DNA of 63,538 bases, counting the filler, from Pelomyxa schiedti (lineage: Eukaryota; Protista; Evosea), in the NCBI GenBank assembly GCA_020536535.1. It is 12 parts of 12 records of this genome, joined end to end, with 100 filler letters (N's around TTAATTAATTAA, not from the genome) between each part and the next. Parts side by side here need not be neighbours in the genome. Positions count along the whole stretch, not along the records: positions 1 to 30,601 come from JAHLWZ010000283.1; positions 30,702 to 33,048 come from JAHLWZ010002029.1; positions 33,149 to 34,823 come from JAHLWZ010002344.1; positions 34,924 to 37,597 come from JAHLWZ010001927.1; positions 37,698 to 46,880 come from JAHLWZ010000469.1; 7 more parts are not named here. One strand, given 5' to 3'. Under the pieces are notes generated by a model. The model saw only the letters and a list, made by a program, of their open reading frames with translations. It ran no database searches and was not told where the DNA came from. Every line of letters starts with the position of its first letter. Positions within the stretch are counted from its first letter, which is position 1. A program made the translations under genes and the position numbers. This document shows positions 28,932 to 40,612 of the stretch, piece by piece.

Positions 28932-29213
28932 AGAATTGTCAAGGGGCAAATCTTCAGCTCTGAGTTTCAACTGAATTGTAGTGTTCAACTTGGTTGTGGC
29001 TTGACAACGAAAGGAGACTGAAGAATTTAGAGTTCGAGTTGTGGTTTTGCATTCCGTACAAAAATCACCTCATTTTGTTTTGGTTGTTCACAAGGTATGT
29101 GTTATCAACCAGAGGATGGTGACTGAGGTGCTGTGGTTGTGGTAGTGCTTGATGACAAAGGAATTGCCGTTCTTCCGGAGCTTGGTTGTGCAGCCTGAAA
29201 TTCAGTCTGAAAA

Positions 29214-29837
29214 ATGGTAACGATGGCAACCGCAACACTGATTCCAACAGACGAGCAACCCCCAACACCAGCATCTAGGCAACAACCAAGCACTCCAAAC
29301 AGCAGGGACACTGCTTCGACCCCACGGCGACGCACCGGAAAAGTCGTAACTGTTGGACCACCTACCTCCTCCTCGCAAACAACAACACACACAACTACGA
29401 GGGACCAAGTTGGGGCCATGGCCGCAGGGTGCCACCGGAGGTGCGGCGCGCGGTGCGCCCTGCTGGCAATGGATTGTGGGACGCCGGGCGACGGCGCGCT
29501 TGTGCCGGCGCTTGTGTGGCGCTGGGTCTGGGACAACTCGAGGTTCTACTGCCTCCAATGGCAGGAATCGGTGCACGCCCAGTGGCAAGCGGTGTTGCTC
29601 GCGTTCGGCGTCTCGCCGCTTTCGACGCTTACGCACGAGATGAGGTGGTGGGCGGGCAGGCTGCCAAAGTGCGAGGGGCTGCTGGGCGCCAGCCGGGACT
29701 ACCTGGTGCGGCACAGCTGGGCCCGCTGCCTCGGAGCAGCCGGGGACGTTTACGCCCTCGAGGACAGGGCCACGGGCCACAGGTTTGCGCGGCAGGACAA
29801 GATGTCCCTCCACGCGGCGACCAATGGGAAGTGGCTG
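29214..29837 (+). CDS. Orphan multi-copy family member (partial, runs into a gap)
   Basis: TRDQVGAMAAGCHRRCGAR...VWRWVWD and ATNGKWL motifs shared with the genes at 33.1-34.0, 48.4-49.1 and 52.4-53.8 kb. Confidence 0.55.
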
Positions 29838-29937
29838 NNNNNNNNNNNNNNNNNNNNNNNNNNNNNNNNNNNNNNNNNNNNNNNNNNNNNNNNNNNNNNN
29901 NNNNNNNNNNNNNNNNNNNNNNNNNNNNNNNNNNNNN

Positions 29938-30237
<300 letters not shown>

Positions 30238-30335
30238 TTATTTTGTTTTTTAGTTTGTTGTTGCTTGCTTGTTGTCTGTTCTTTGATGAAAAAAATAAAA
30301 AATGTTGGTTCGGTGGCCTAAAAGGCCGAGAATCT

Positions 30336-30345
30336 CCAAAAATGG
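30336..30345. promoter_or_regulatory. CArG box (CCAAAAATGG) upstream of actin 3
   Basis: Same site as in copy 2. Confidence 0.45.
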
Positions 30346-30490
30346 AGCAATTGTCAAGGGGCAGATCTTCAGCTCAGAATAGCTCTGAGTTTCGACTGAA
30401 TTGTAGTGTTCAACTTGGTTGTGGCTTGACAACGAAAGGAGACTGAAGAATTTAGAGTTCGAGTTGTGGTTTTGTATTCTGACCCAATAA

Positions 30491-30576
30491 ATCGAGTTTT
30501 CCCCAGATAACTCGAGTTATTTCTGCATGAATTCGTTTTCCACATCGAGTTTACCCCTGATAACTCGAGTTATTTC
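30491..30576. repeat. Two 33-nt direct repeats, each containing the perfect palindrome ATAACTCGAGTTAT
   Basis: Units at 30491-30523 and 30544-30576; palindromes at 30507-30520 and 30560-30573. Confidence 0.85.
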
Positions 30577-30601
30577 CCCAAAAACCGATTTACAGGGTGA
30601 T

Positions 30602-30701
30602 NNNNNNNNNNNNNNNNNNNNNNNNNNNNNNNNNNNNNNNNNNNNTTAATTAATTAANNNNNNNNNNNNNNNNNNNNNNNNNNNNNNNNNNNNNNNNNNN
30701 N
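30602..30701. other. Artificial scaffold spacer N-TTAATTAATTAA-N (also near 33.1, 34.9, 37.6, 46.9, 48.3, 49.5, 52.4, 53.9, 55.5 and 61.7 kb)
   Basis: Identical six-frame-stop 12-mer embedded in N runs 11 times. Plain 100-N gaps at 21865, 29838, 38427, 45361 and 60672 are intra-scaffold. Confidence 0.97.
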
Positions 30702-32750
30702 TCTGTGAGAGTGATGGCACATTCATTTGCCCGACATGCTCGTTCTCATCTTCCCACAAGGTTTGTTTGGTCCTCCATTTGTTCATTTGACTGATCAATT
30801 TTGCTGATCTCGCATTGAAGGGGCACAACATTTCGACTGTGGAAGACTTGTGCAGCACCTATAAGTCCAATGTCGAGGCCTTTGTGCAGAAACTCACCAA
30901 ATTGCAAACTTATTTGAGCTTGAGTGCAAAGTCCATTGAGCCGGTGATCTCAAATGTGAAACAGGTTTCTTTTCATTTGAAAATGGCTTTCTTTCAACCA
31001 ATTCAAAAAACAACAAGGTTCACAGTGAGTTTGAGGAAAAAGTCAGCCGGGAATTCAATGAGATGATTTCGAGATTGCAAAGAAGACAAGAGGAACTGCT
31101 TTCGTCATCAAGGTCAATTGCATCCTCCAAGAGTGTGTGTCCACTAGTTCTTTCAGTTTTTTTTTTTGACATTGTTTTAACAAAACAGCATGTGAGTTGT
31201 CAAAGCAACTTGAGAGCATCACAGCGGGAGTGATGCACGTTGCGAATTTCAAATCCAAGTTTGAGGCAATCCTGAAGACTGGTGATCCCTTTAAAATCAT
31301 CGAATCTTGTAATTCAATCACTGTCATCCTGAAGGTAATTGTTATTTCAATCTCCGACTTGCGGGGACACATCTCCACGCTCTTACGCAAAGGAAAACAG
31401 CAAATTGAATGCAAACCAGAGAACTTGACACCCTGTGTCAGTGCAACTTTGAGTTGTTGCACTGATGACATTGAACCCTTCAAGTCAAAGATTCCTGGCC
31501 TCTGTTACATCTCAACTGGTTGGTTGCTTCACTTTCCCCACTTATTATCTGAATAAAAACACAGGACCAGTGCTTGAATGCATCAAGAAGGAAACAACAG
31601 CAGACGCCAGAGTAACAGGAGAACGTTTGGTGACCCTGTGTGGACACTGGGCACTGCCAGCAAAGAACCAAGACATTCAAGTGCGAGTTGGTGAATCAGA
31701 GTGCACAAACGTGAACATTGTCACTCCTGGTTCTGTTCTCACTTTCATGTTGCCAGATTGTGGTGTTGGATGTGACCTCCCTGTGTCACTCTCTGTGTTT
31801 GGGGCTCCTGCTCACAGGCCAAATGACACCAGGTTCTCATTCCCAGGTTTGTTGTTCTTTTCACAAGAAAAATCTCACAACAGGCACACAGGACCAGAGA
31901 TTCACAACGTCACAAGGGTTCATCGACAAGGTGGGAGGGTAACAATCACAGGTCGTGGGTTTGGAACCTCACCCCGTGAAATAACAGTGTGTGTAGATGG
32001 TGTGTTACACTCCATTGATATTCATCTGATTATCTGATTCCAAAAACACACAGGAGCCATGTGCCTCAACGTAGAGGTTACACACCCACACACTGTCATC
32101 GCGTGCACAGTGCCACAGCCCAGAGACAACAACTCCAACCAAGCAACACTGACTCTCACAGTTGCCGGTCAACATGTTTCATCCACTCTTCCGCTTTTTG
32201 GTGTGGTTCCGTTTGTTGTTCACCCATCAATCACTTCCTCACCAAAACAGATACAACAACATGGGAGTGGGACACAGAGTGCTGCGGTAACCTCCTTGCC
32301 ATCACACCACATGACAAGTCAATCGTGCACAAGCCAGTATCCAGCCCCCAAAAACCCCAACACCCACAATCGACAGTGACAGCCACCACACAGCTCGCTG
32401 ATCCTGACTGCATCTATGAGTGGCGCCTCTCAATCTCTGACCTCAAGGATGGATCCCACTGGGTTGCCTACGGACTCATTCAGAAGCTGTTCGACCAAAA
32501 CTATGCAACCCCCTGCAGCCTCATGTACGGCTGGAGCACATCTGGTAACTCCTGGAATGTAGACGGCAGGTTCCAAGCCAGCGGGGGTAGTGAGGATGTT
32601 ATGTTCCGGTATGACGCACGCACACTCACGCTCACTGCAACATGGCCGCGACACAACAACGCAACCGCAACGGTGAACAACGTCCCACTGGGTTTGTATC
32701 CAGCTGTCAACATTCACAACCACAACACTGTCAAGATAGCACAGACGTAA
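30702..32750 (+). CDS. TRIM-like protein: B-box, coiled coil, two IPT/TIG domains, SPRY-like C-terminus (5' truncated)
   Basis: B-box CESDGTFICPTCSFSSSHK|GHNISTVE, heptad exons, TIG segments VRVGESECTNVNIVTPGSVLTF and GGRVTITGRGFG, and SPRY-like YEWRLSI...WVAYGL...DVMFRYDARTLTL...LYPAVNI. Confidence 0.75.
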
Positions 32751-32861
32751 CCCCCCTTTCCGCCGCTCCTCCTCAAAGTGACCCTCCCCAAATTGTGCCT
32801 CATTACCACGGAACTGGTCCCACCACTAGACTAACAACCGGTTGTTTCCGAGAAGCCAAAC

Positions 32862-33047
32862 ATGGCAAGCAGCCCGTCGGTGCCGCCTACCGTCACGCCC
32901 GCACGTTGCTCCGTGTGCCACAGCCCCCACGGCGCTCTCGCGCCACCGGCCTCGGGGTGCGTGGCCGTGCGCCCGTCGTGCGGGCACCCCGTGTGCCACG
33001 AGTGCAGCGGCGTCGTCTCGACCTTCAAGAGGGACATCCCCGCGTCC
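32862..33047 (+). CDS. RING-finger N-terminus of the next gene (partial)
   Basis: MASS...CSVC...PSCGHPVCHEC: C-x2-C...C-x-H-x2-C-x2-C. Confidence 0.65.
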
Positions 33048-33148
33048 GNNNNNNNNNNNNNNNNNNNNNNNNNNNNNNNNNNNNNNNNNNNNTTAATTAA
33101 TTAANNNNNNNNNNNNNNNNNNNNNNNNNNNNNNNNNNNNNNNNNNNN

Positions 33149-34042
33149 CTTTTCACAACGAAGCAGTGGTTCCCGTTCTTCATAACGAGGGAGAGAAGCT
33201 TGTGTATCTTGCAATAACGTGTATAATCAGGTAGGAAACCTTTGACTGAAAATGGGGCTGAAGAAACCACTGCCAAGCTGCCTGTGGATCTCGATAGGGC
33301 TAGGTTCACAGTGACCAGCAAGAATTTGTACCTCCATTCTCGCTGCAGAACCACCACAACCTCATCGATATTGGCCTGGCCAGGAAAATCTTGGATCCTC
33401 GGGAGTGTGGCTCGAGCAAAATATTGCATCCTCTGACTGTGGGTTCACTCCACTCCACTCCACAAATGCAACTGCAAAGCCAGTTGAATTGCCACCAACA
33501 GTGATTGAAGCTCCCTTCTGTGGCCAGCATTTCACCAGCCACTTGGAGTTGGCTGCACTCACCCCACACTGAGGCACACCACTGATTCCAATCAACTTCC
33601 TCTCCTCCAACATGACTGGATTTCCTGGATGTGACACTCCTGGGCATTTTTGCCGGAACTGGTTGTATCCAACCCACTTGTGACGTGACTTGCATGGGTG
33701 GTTCGAGAACGGGTGTATGAACCCAAGGAGCAGTGGTGACATCCTGAAGTAAACGTTGTTTATCGAGTCTTCAGCCAAGACGGCAATAAATCCCACAGAG
33801 GTTGGCACAACGAATTCCTCCCACAGAAATCTAAGGAACGCAATCCACAATGACGGCGATTGGGACCACGACCGCAACACCGACGAGTGCGGTGAAGGGG
33901 AGAAAACGAAGGAGCGGGCGCCGCAGCGATTGTGGGATGCCATTGCAACTGCCACCATTTGTGACACCGCACTCACGCCAGAGCATCCTTCGACCTCTGT
34001 GAACGCGCTCAGTGGTAATCGTGTTGATGTTGATGATGCCAT
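33149..34042 (-). CDS. Orphan multi-copy family member (3' truncated)
   Basis: AVSQMVAVAMASHNRCGARS...FLWEEFVV and AANSKWLV motifs. Confidence 0.55.
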
Positions 34043-34085
34043 CGCAGTTACTGGAAAAAGCCAACCACACAGACTTCTTTAACAA

Positions 34086-34823
34086 CTAAAACTCAATGTC
34101 AACATAGGAGATTGCTTGTTCAGAATTTGTGGACATCGAGGCACTGAAGGCTGGGAATAGAGGTTTCCCCCTCAATTCCACGCATTGACCATAGGGAATT
34201 CTCATCTGCAGCCTGCCGTTAAGATAGTAATCAAGAAGACCGTGGTCACAGTGCAGTGTGAATCCCACCCGGTAACTGTTCTTGTATCCCTCCACAACCA
34301 TGTCGCCCTGCAGCCTCTTACCAACAATCACAGGCTTCCTGTCATTCACACCAGCCACAGCCACACACACATAGCACTCTTCAGACCTCATCGGCGTGTC
34401 AAAATCCTCGCCCCCACAGCAAGCAGACACCCCAACCCAACTTGGTGAGTGAGAACAGCCCCTGTCACACAGAGTGGAGTGCTCCCACAATGTGAACTCC
34501 CAGTGGTGGCTCCCGCTTGTGTATCCCTTCTCAGCCAGGCAGCACCCGCCCCCACAGAATCCAACAGCGGTCCCATGCTCCGTTATGGTACCATTTCTGC
34601 CACACTTTTTCCGGTCCAGGACATTTGTTCCCCTGGTTAGCACCATCTCGCCAATAACAACCCCAATGTCACGTGAGACAAGGACTTGGCTCAAAGAGCT
34701 CTTTGCTCCAAGCCTCAATCAAACCAAAATTCGAATATTGAGTGAAAACAAAAAAACCAAACAAAATTCGCGATTGGCTAGAGAGGGTACCTGTGATGCC
34801 AAGCGCACATGATGGCAATTGCC
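34086..34823 (-). CDS. SPRY-domain protein with an F-box-like N-terminal motif (5' truncated)
   Basis: Spliced AIMCAWHHR|LGAKSSLSQVLVSRDIGVVIGEMVL, then SPRY GYTSGSHHWEF...WVGVS...VGFTLHCDHGLLDYYLNG...LFPAFS. Confidence 0.65.
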
Positions 34824-34923
34824 NNNNNNNNNNNNNNNNNNNNNNNNNNNNNNNNNNNNNNNNNNNNTTAATTAATTAANNNNNNNNNNNNNNNNNNNNN
34901 NNNNNNNNNNNNNNNNNNNNNNN

Positions 34924-35044
<121 letters not shown>

Positions 35045-35132
35045 ATGGAGAGTTAGTTGACGGCGACGACAGTGGTTACGAACGTGCAGAGGGGGAGAGG
35101 GGGAGAGAGGGGGAGAGGGGGAGGGGAGGAAT

Positions 35133-35680
35133 TCAGCCACACAAACAACCTCCAGCGGATGCGTATAATGTTCCATTCCCAGAAACGCACACGGAATTGA
35201 TGTCACAATCTGCATCGGACCACGTGATGACCGGATCTGGGTCCCGTATGTCATAAATTCGCGTTCTGGTATCACATGCTCCACTCACGAATTCATTTGG
35301 GTTGCTGGGGCTAACAGCCACCGTCATCACGTCACCCTGTGTGTGGAATGGTGTGTGTTTTTAGACTGGCCACATAGACTTTTTTGGGGTTCCTACATTT
35401 GCACCTGTGAATTTAGTGATGGTGGTTCCTGTTTCCACATCCCACAGAATGCAACTTAGGTCTCCGGAGCTGCTTAAAAGTCTCTCTGTGGTGTTCATAA
35501 ATCGCACTGCAGAGACATATCCATTGTGCCCAGGAAATTCTTTGCACGGGGTACTGCTTGCTGTCTTCCAGTCATACAAACTGACCATGTCTAAAGCAAT
35601 ACACAGTTTGTCCATGGAAGTACTTACTATCAAGCCCACCAACACGGGAGACTGGGACTATGGGTATGAGCTGGATTTTA
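35133..35680 (-). CDS. G-protein beta-subunit-like WD40 fragment
   Basis: GGLD|NMVSLYDWK, GHNGYVSAVRF, SSSGDLSCILWDVETG, HTGDVMTVAVSP...FVSGACDTRTRIYDIR and DINSV follow G-beta WD3-WD6, but the expected upstream WD1-WD2 are not found. Confidence 0.7.
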
Positions 35681-35689
35681 TGCCCATGG

Positions 35690-36920
35690 ACTCGAGGGTC
35701 TTGCTGGTGATCCCCACCCCTCCCCCTCGAGTATTTCACTGCAAGACAAACAGCCACTGGGTCCTTTATCACTATGGAGCTGAACCAGAATTTTACGTTG
35801 AGCCTGCCCTGCTTCCCCCCACACCACCACAAATTGGAAGTGCCTCCTCCTCTGCCTCCTCTTCCTCCTCCCTGTTGAAAGTTCAACAAGAAGAACTGGG
35901 CCTGTTGGAAGGGCACGTGATTTCCTTGGTTGCTCTGAGCAAGAGGGAGCCCCACCTGGCGCTCCTCATTTCCCAGGCCTCATGCTGGCCCTGTCAGAAA
36001 AGAAGAAGGTGGTGGGGGACCACACAGTGAGTGCCGACAAAAACAAAAACAAAGACTCGGACACCATCCAGCACATCGACGTGAGGAACGTGGAGGACAA
36101 CAGACCACTCTTCAGGGTGACCCTGATACAACGTTGGTGCACTGACACCTGTTTATGCGGGTGTTTCTTGTCCAGTTCCCCTCATAACAACCACACCCCA
36201 CAACCCCATAAGCCAAACAAAAAGTAAAAAAAAAAAACCCGGACCCATAAGTCTTGGCAGCCGAGAATTTCCCTTCCAAAAAACCCGGAGAAAACAAAGC
36301 AAACACGTACAAAACACTCCTTTCCAATACATAATCACATTCAATTGATTAAATCTCAAGCGAGCAGGGGGCGAAAGTAGCTCTCCTTGAACCGAAAACC
36401 ACCCACACAAGGGAAAGAATAACCAAAGGATACCCTGTGCGTGCTGGAATAGGCGAATGGGATTCGATGTGCTCTAGTCCCTGACCTTGACTGATGCCTA
36501 GGAGGCCAGATAGCCCACCCGGAGTAGGTCAATGTCAGCTCGTCTGAAAAGCCTTGGTGAGCAAGAGTGGTCAGGATCTCCCAAAAGAATTTGAAGGGAG
36601 TGAACCCCAGCTACATTTTTTTCCCCATTTTCTTGTACTGGTTGGTCGAGGGTCTTGCTGGAGTGCAACAAGCCTCCCCCTCGAGTATTTCACTGTGGGA
36701 TCAACAGCCACAGGCTCCGTTATTACTGTGGGGGTGAACCAGAATTTTACATTGAGACTGCCCTGCTTCCCCCCACACCACCACAAATCAGAATGCCTCC
36801 TCCTCTGCCTCTTCCTCCTCCCTGTTGAAAGTTAAACAAGAAGAGCTGGGCCTGTTGGAAGGACACATAATTCCTTTGGTCGCTCTGAGCAATAGGGAGC
36901 AGAACGCGCTCCTCGTTTCC
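35690..36920. repeat. About 280-bp diverged duplication (35690-35970 vs 36640-36920)
   Basis: Shared text such as ctcgagtatttcactg, aaccagaattttac, ctgccctgcttccccccacaccaccacaaat and gggcctgttggaagg. Confidence 0.85.
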
Positions 36921-37037
36921 CATAAGATGAAGCCGACTATCTCACCGACAGAGCATCAAATAATATTCGGGAATGGGAGGTGAGACCATTTTGAGGGCAT
37001 TTGTGACAAGGTCTGTTCCTCTGCATAACTGGATCAT

Positions 37038-37263
37038 GGGGCGGAGGTTTTGGGGCGAAGCTTTATAGCAGAAAACACTGACACCTTCGCCCTTTTTTCT
37101 TCGCCCATGGGGCGAAGCTTTTTTTCCTCTCAAAACCTTCGCCCAGGGGCGAAGGTTTTGGGGGTAACCAACCTCTTCCAAACAACAAGCACAAAGGTCC
37201 ACGTGGTAGACAAACACCTTACTGAGTGAGCCAAAGTGTTCGCCCCTGGTGGGGCGAAGGTTT
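37038..37263. repeat. Palindrome cluster built from CTTCGCCC; 14-bp-arm hairpin at 37131-37160
   Basis: caaaaccttcgccc-ag-gggcgaaggttttg plus about 7 further motif copies in both orientations. Confidence 0.85.
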
Positions 37264-38201
37264 CACTGAGGGAAAAGTTTTGATGGTCTGATTTCTGTGA
37301 AAAAAACAAATATCCCTCCTCAAACAAGGCAGACATGTTGAAAAGGCATCGGCAACAGTCCCAAACATCTCAGTGTGAGTCAAATGAATCATTGGAGATG
37401 ACTGAAGTGGCAACACAACCAACAGTGTCAACCACAACCCAGCAGACAAGTGGTTGGGTGTCCTCAACTGTTGGAGGACATTCCTTGCGTGCAACACCAT
37501 CAAGGTAATACCTCTGTGGGTGTTATGTAGTCTGTTCTACCATCATAATGCATGTTTTAGGAGGTCACGAGGGAGTGATAATCCAGAAAGTCAAGGGNNN
37601 NNNNNNNNNNNNNNNNNNNNNNNNNNNNNNNNNNNNNNNNNTTAATTAATTAANNNNNNNNNNNNNNNNNNNNNNNNNNNNNNNNNNNNNNNNNNNNAAA
37701 TAACTATGTTTTAATTTATGATGTTTGTTTGTTTAGTACCTTGAGTGAACTAGCATCGTCGGCCGTGAAACAGTAACTCAAATCAACAACTGGGTCCGAC
37801 CACCATCTCGCAGCCTGATACGCAATTGTGGGACGACAAGACAGAAAGAAAGCAAGCAAAACGCGAGGAAACGACAAATAATTTGTTTTTTTTTTGACCT
37901 GCAACACCCCAAGACGAACCCCCCAACGTCGACATTCTTTTATTTTTTTTTTGATTGTTGATATTTTGTTCGTTGTGACTTCGATCAAAGAAACCACAAT
38001 CCACGAACTGTGCACTGAAATGATCAGATCCATTGACCAAACCCAACACGAAGTGAACAGGAGTGCGGTGGAGAAAGAAAGGAGAAATTAAACACTAATT
38101 TGTATCTATATTGCCCTCTGTACAAGGGGTGGCCCCTATTGTAATAATAGGGGAGGAGTCAAGAGGCAACCCAAAGAAGTTCTTTTCAATTAATGACAGC
38201 T

Positions 38202-40147
38202 TCAAAAGAGGGAAAAAGCAAGAGCAACCAGCAGGGCACTAGCTAAGTGGTATTGGACAGAAGAGCCCACAGAGAGGGAATCAGTCCCTGATGCTGATGA
38301 TACAGAACTGGAGTTGCTGGACATGAATCCACTTGGGTTGGCTCGTGAAGAGGCGTAACCATCAGTACGGCACTCAGTGTAGTACGTTTCGAAATTAGCC
38401 CCATCAGGATACACAAAGCAATCACCNNNNNNNNNNNNNNNNNNNNNNNNNNNNNNNNNNNNNNNNNNNNNNNNNNNNNNNNNNNNNNNNNNNNNNNNNN
38501 NNNNNNNNNNNNNNNNNNNNNNNNNNAACTGGAGTTGCTGGACATGAATCCACTTGGGTTGGCTCGTGAAGAGGCGTAACCATCAGTACGGCACTCAGTG
38601 TAGTACGTTTCGAAATTAGCCCCATCAGGATACACAAAGCAATCACCACAAGTGTCGTCTGTGCATTGCCATGGTACAATAACCCCTTGTTCGTCAGACC
38701 ACTGGAAGTAGCCCCACAGGTTGTTGTCAATGAGTGTGCATGCTGCATTTGTAGTGTATTTGATGGTCTCAGGTGTCCCTTCACAGTCGGCATTGGCCCA
38801 TGTTGCAATCCATCCCGGCCTTATTAAAAATAAATAAATAAATCAGGAAACAAGTTGGGAAAGGCAAACTCACTCTTCTTGGAACCAGGCATGAACCTTG
38901 CTGTCGAAGTCATCAGTAGTGATACAGCAGTAGCCGTTGTTCTCAGATCTACAGTTCATTGTGGAATCCGCGGCCCAGCAATAGCCAGTATTGGGACTTG
39001 AGTAGTAAGAGGCCGAGACGGTGATTACATCTTCGGTGCAAGAGTCATCTGTGAATTCGGCATCCACGTACACATAGGTGAAGTTGCAATCACCTCCGTC
39101 ATAGTTGCATTCCTCAATGTTACAGTTAGGGTCACAGTCCAGATCACCAACGTTTGACAGAGAGCACATGGCCGCGCCACCGCAGTATGTGCCATCTGAG
39201 AATCGTAATTACTTTTGAAAGAAAGGTAGAAACAGTGTGCATACTACAATCGGCGTCATCCCAATTGCACAACTCGTTGTAGCACCCAGATTGGCATGTG
39301 CCATCGCCGACCTGTGTCTCCAGGCACCCGAAGAAGCAGTACCCTTCAAGAGCCGCATCACAGTCACCATTGTCCCAATTGCATGCCTCTGTATAGCAAG
39401 AGGTGTCACAGGTCCCGTCACCGCGGTCAACACTGGTAACGCACCCAGGTGAGCACATATCTAGTAAGGAAGAGTTCAATTTAAATGATAGTTACAAAGG
39501 AAAAATCAATGTACCGTTGCAGTCACCTAGATCAAAGTCACATTCCTCAGTGTTGCACTCCCAGTCACAAGAGTCGTCCCCAACATCATCGGCACTGCAG
39601 CCTTGGGCACAGTTGAGATATACTTAAGAAAGTCAGTAAAATCTCCGGGTTAAAAAAAAAGGAGCAATACAGCAGTCTCCGTCATCAAAAAGGCAGTCAT
39701 CGTTGGCGCATTCAAGGTCACAAATACTATCACCCCAGTCAGCCTCATCACAAGTCCAGTGGCCACAAGCCGAAACGCCACAGTCTCCAGAATCATAGTT
39801 ACAGGCTGCTGTCATGCACCATGGGTCACAGTGCCCATCCCCGATATCGGAGGCAGAACAGCCAGCGTTACAGAGGCCTGGGGTTGAGAGAAAATAAGTA
39901 TAGGTTGAATGACGGTTTTGTTTTGTGGTTGTGGGTGGGGGTTCATTGCATATGAGAAATTGTGGATGAACAGTGCAAAAATACCAGCACAGTCTCCGAA
40001 ATCCCAATTGTTTCTGGCATTGTAGCACTCAATGTCGCAATTACCATCGCCGAGATCGGAAGACCAGCACTCGGAGGACCATCCCTCATACGCAACCGCA
40101 AAGCCCACAAAGCCAAGTAACACAATAACGTGTTGTTGGTGCGTCAT
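38202..40147 (-). CDS. Secreted, GPI-type protein with about 7 LNR (Lin-12/Notch) repeats
   Basis: Signal peptide MTHQQHVIVLLGFVGFAVA; repeats C-x(3-5)-C...GDGxCDxxCxxxxCxWDxGDC; Ser-rich linker and hydrophobic tail YHLASALLVALAFSLF*. Confidence 0.85.
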
Positions 40148-40612
40148 ATGTGTTCTTCACCCTCCCTCGATATTCACTTTGTTTTGTTTTGCTTTGCTGG
40201 AACAACAGAAAAACACTGCCCGCATCACTCACTACTAGTAGGGTCAATTTTTCGTATGATCGCCGTTTTTGCATTTTTGTACGAGAACCCGAAATGAACA
40301 ATTGCGAGGAGCTCGCGGGGCTGGGCGTCTTTGAAACGATGCTATGCCCAGGCCAACTTGCTCATAACTGTGATGATGTCTTGATATCGAGTGGCCAACA
40401 ATACTTTAATTGAATCCACTAAGCAGTGGTTGACGATAACACTTCACCTCTGAATTTGTTTTTAGAAACTCCATCGAAACGTTCTTTCCCCGTTCATCAA
40501 TCGATTTTAAAAACAAAGACAATTAACGCAACGTTAACGAGTCCCGGGTGCGTTTGTTGGATCCGAGTCTAACGAGCCACTTTTTTATTTTTGTTTTTTT
40601 GGACGCCTCTTG

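Noticed and set aside
30646-30657. Recurrent TTAATTAATTAA as a biological repeat
   Set aside because: Always embedded in N runs and gives stops in all six frames; it is a scaffold-joining linker.
38243-38660. Apparent tandem duplication of the LNR gene 3' end
   Set aside because: Identical sequence on both sides of a 100-N gap; an unmerged contig overlap.
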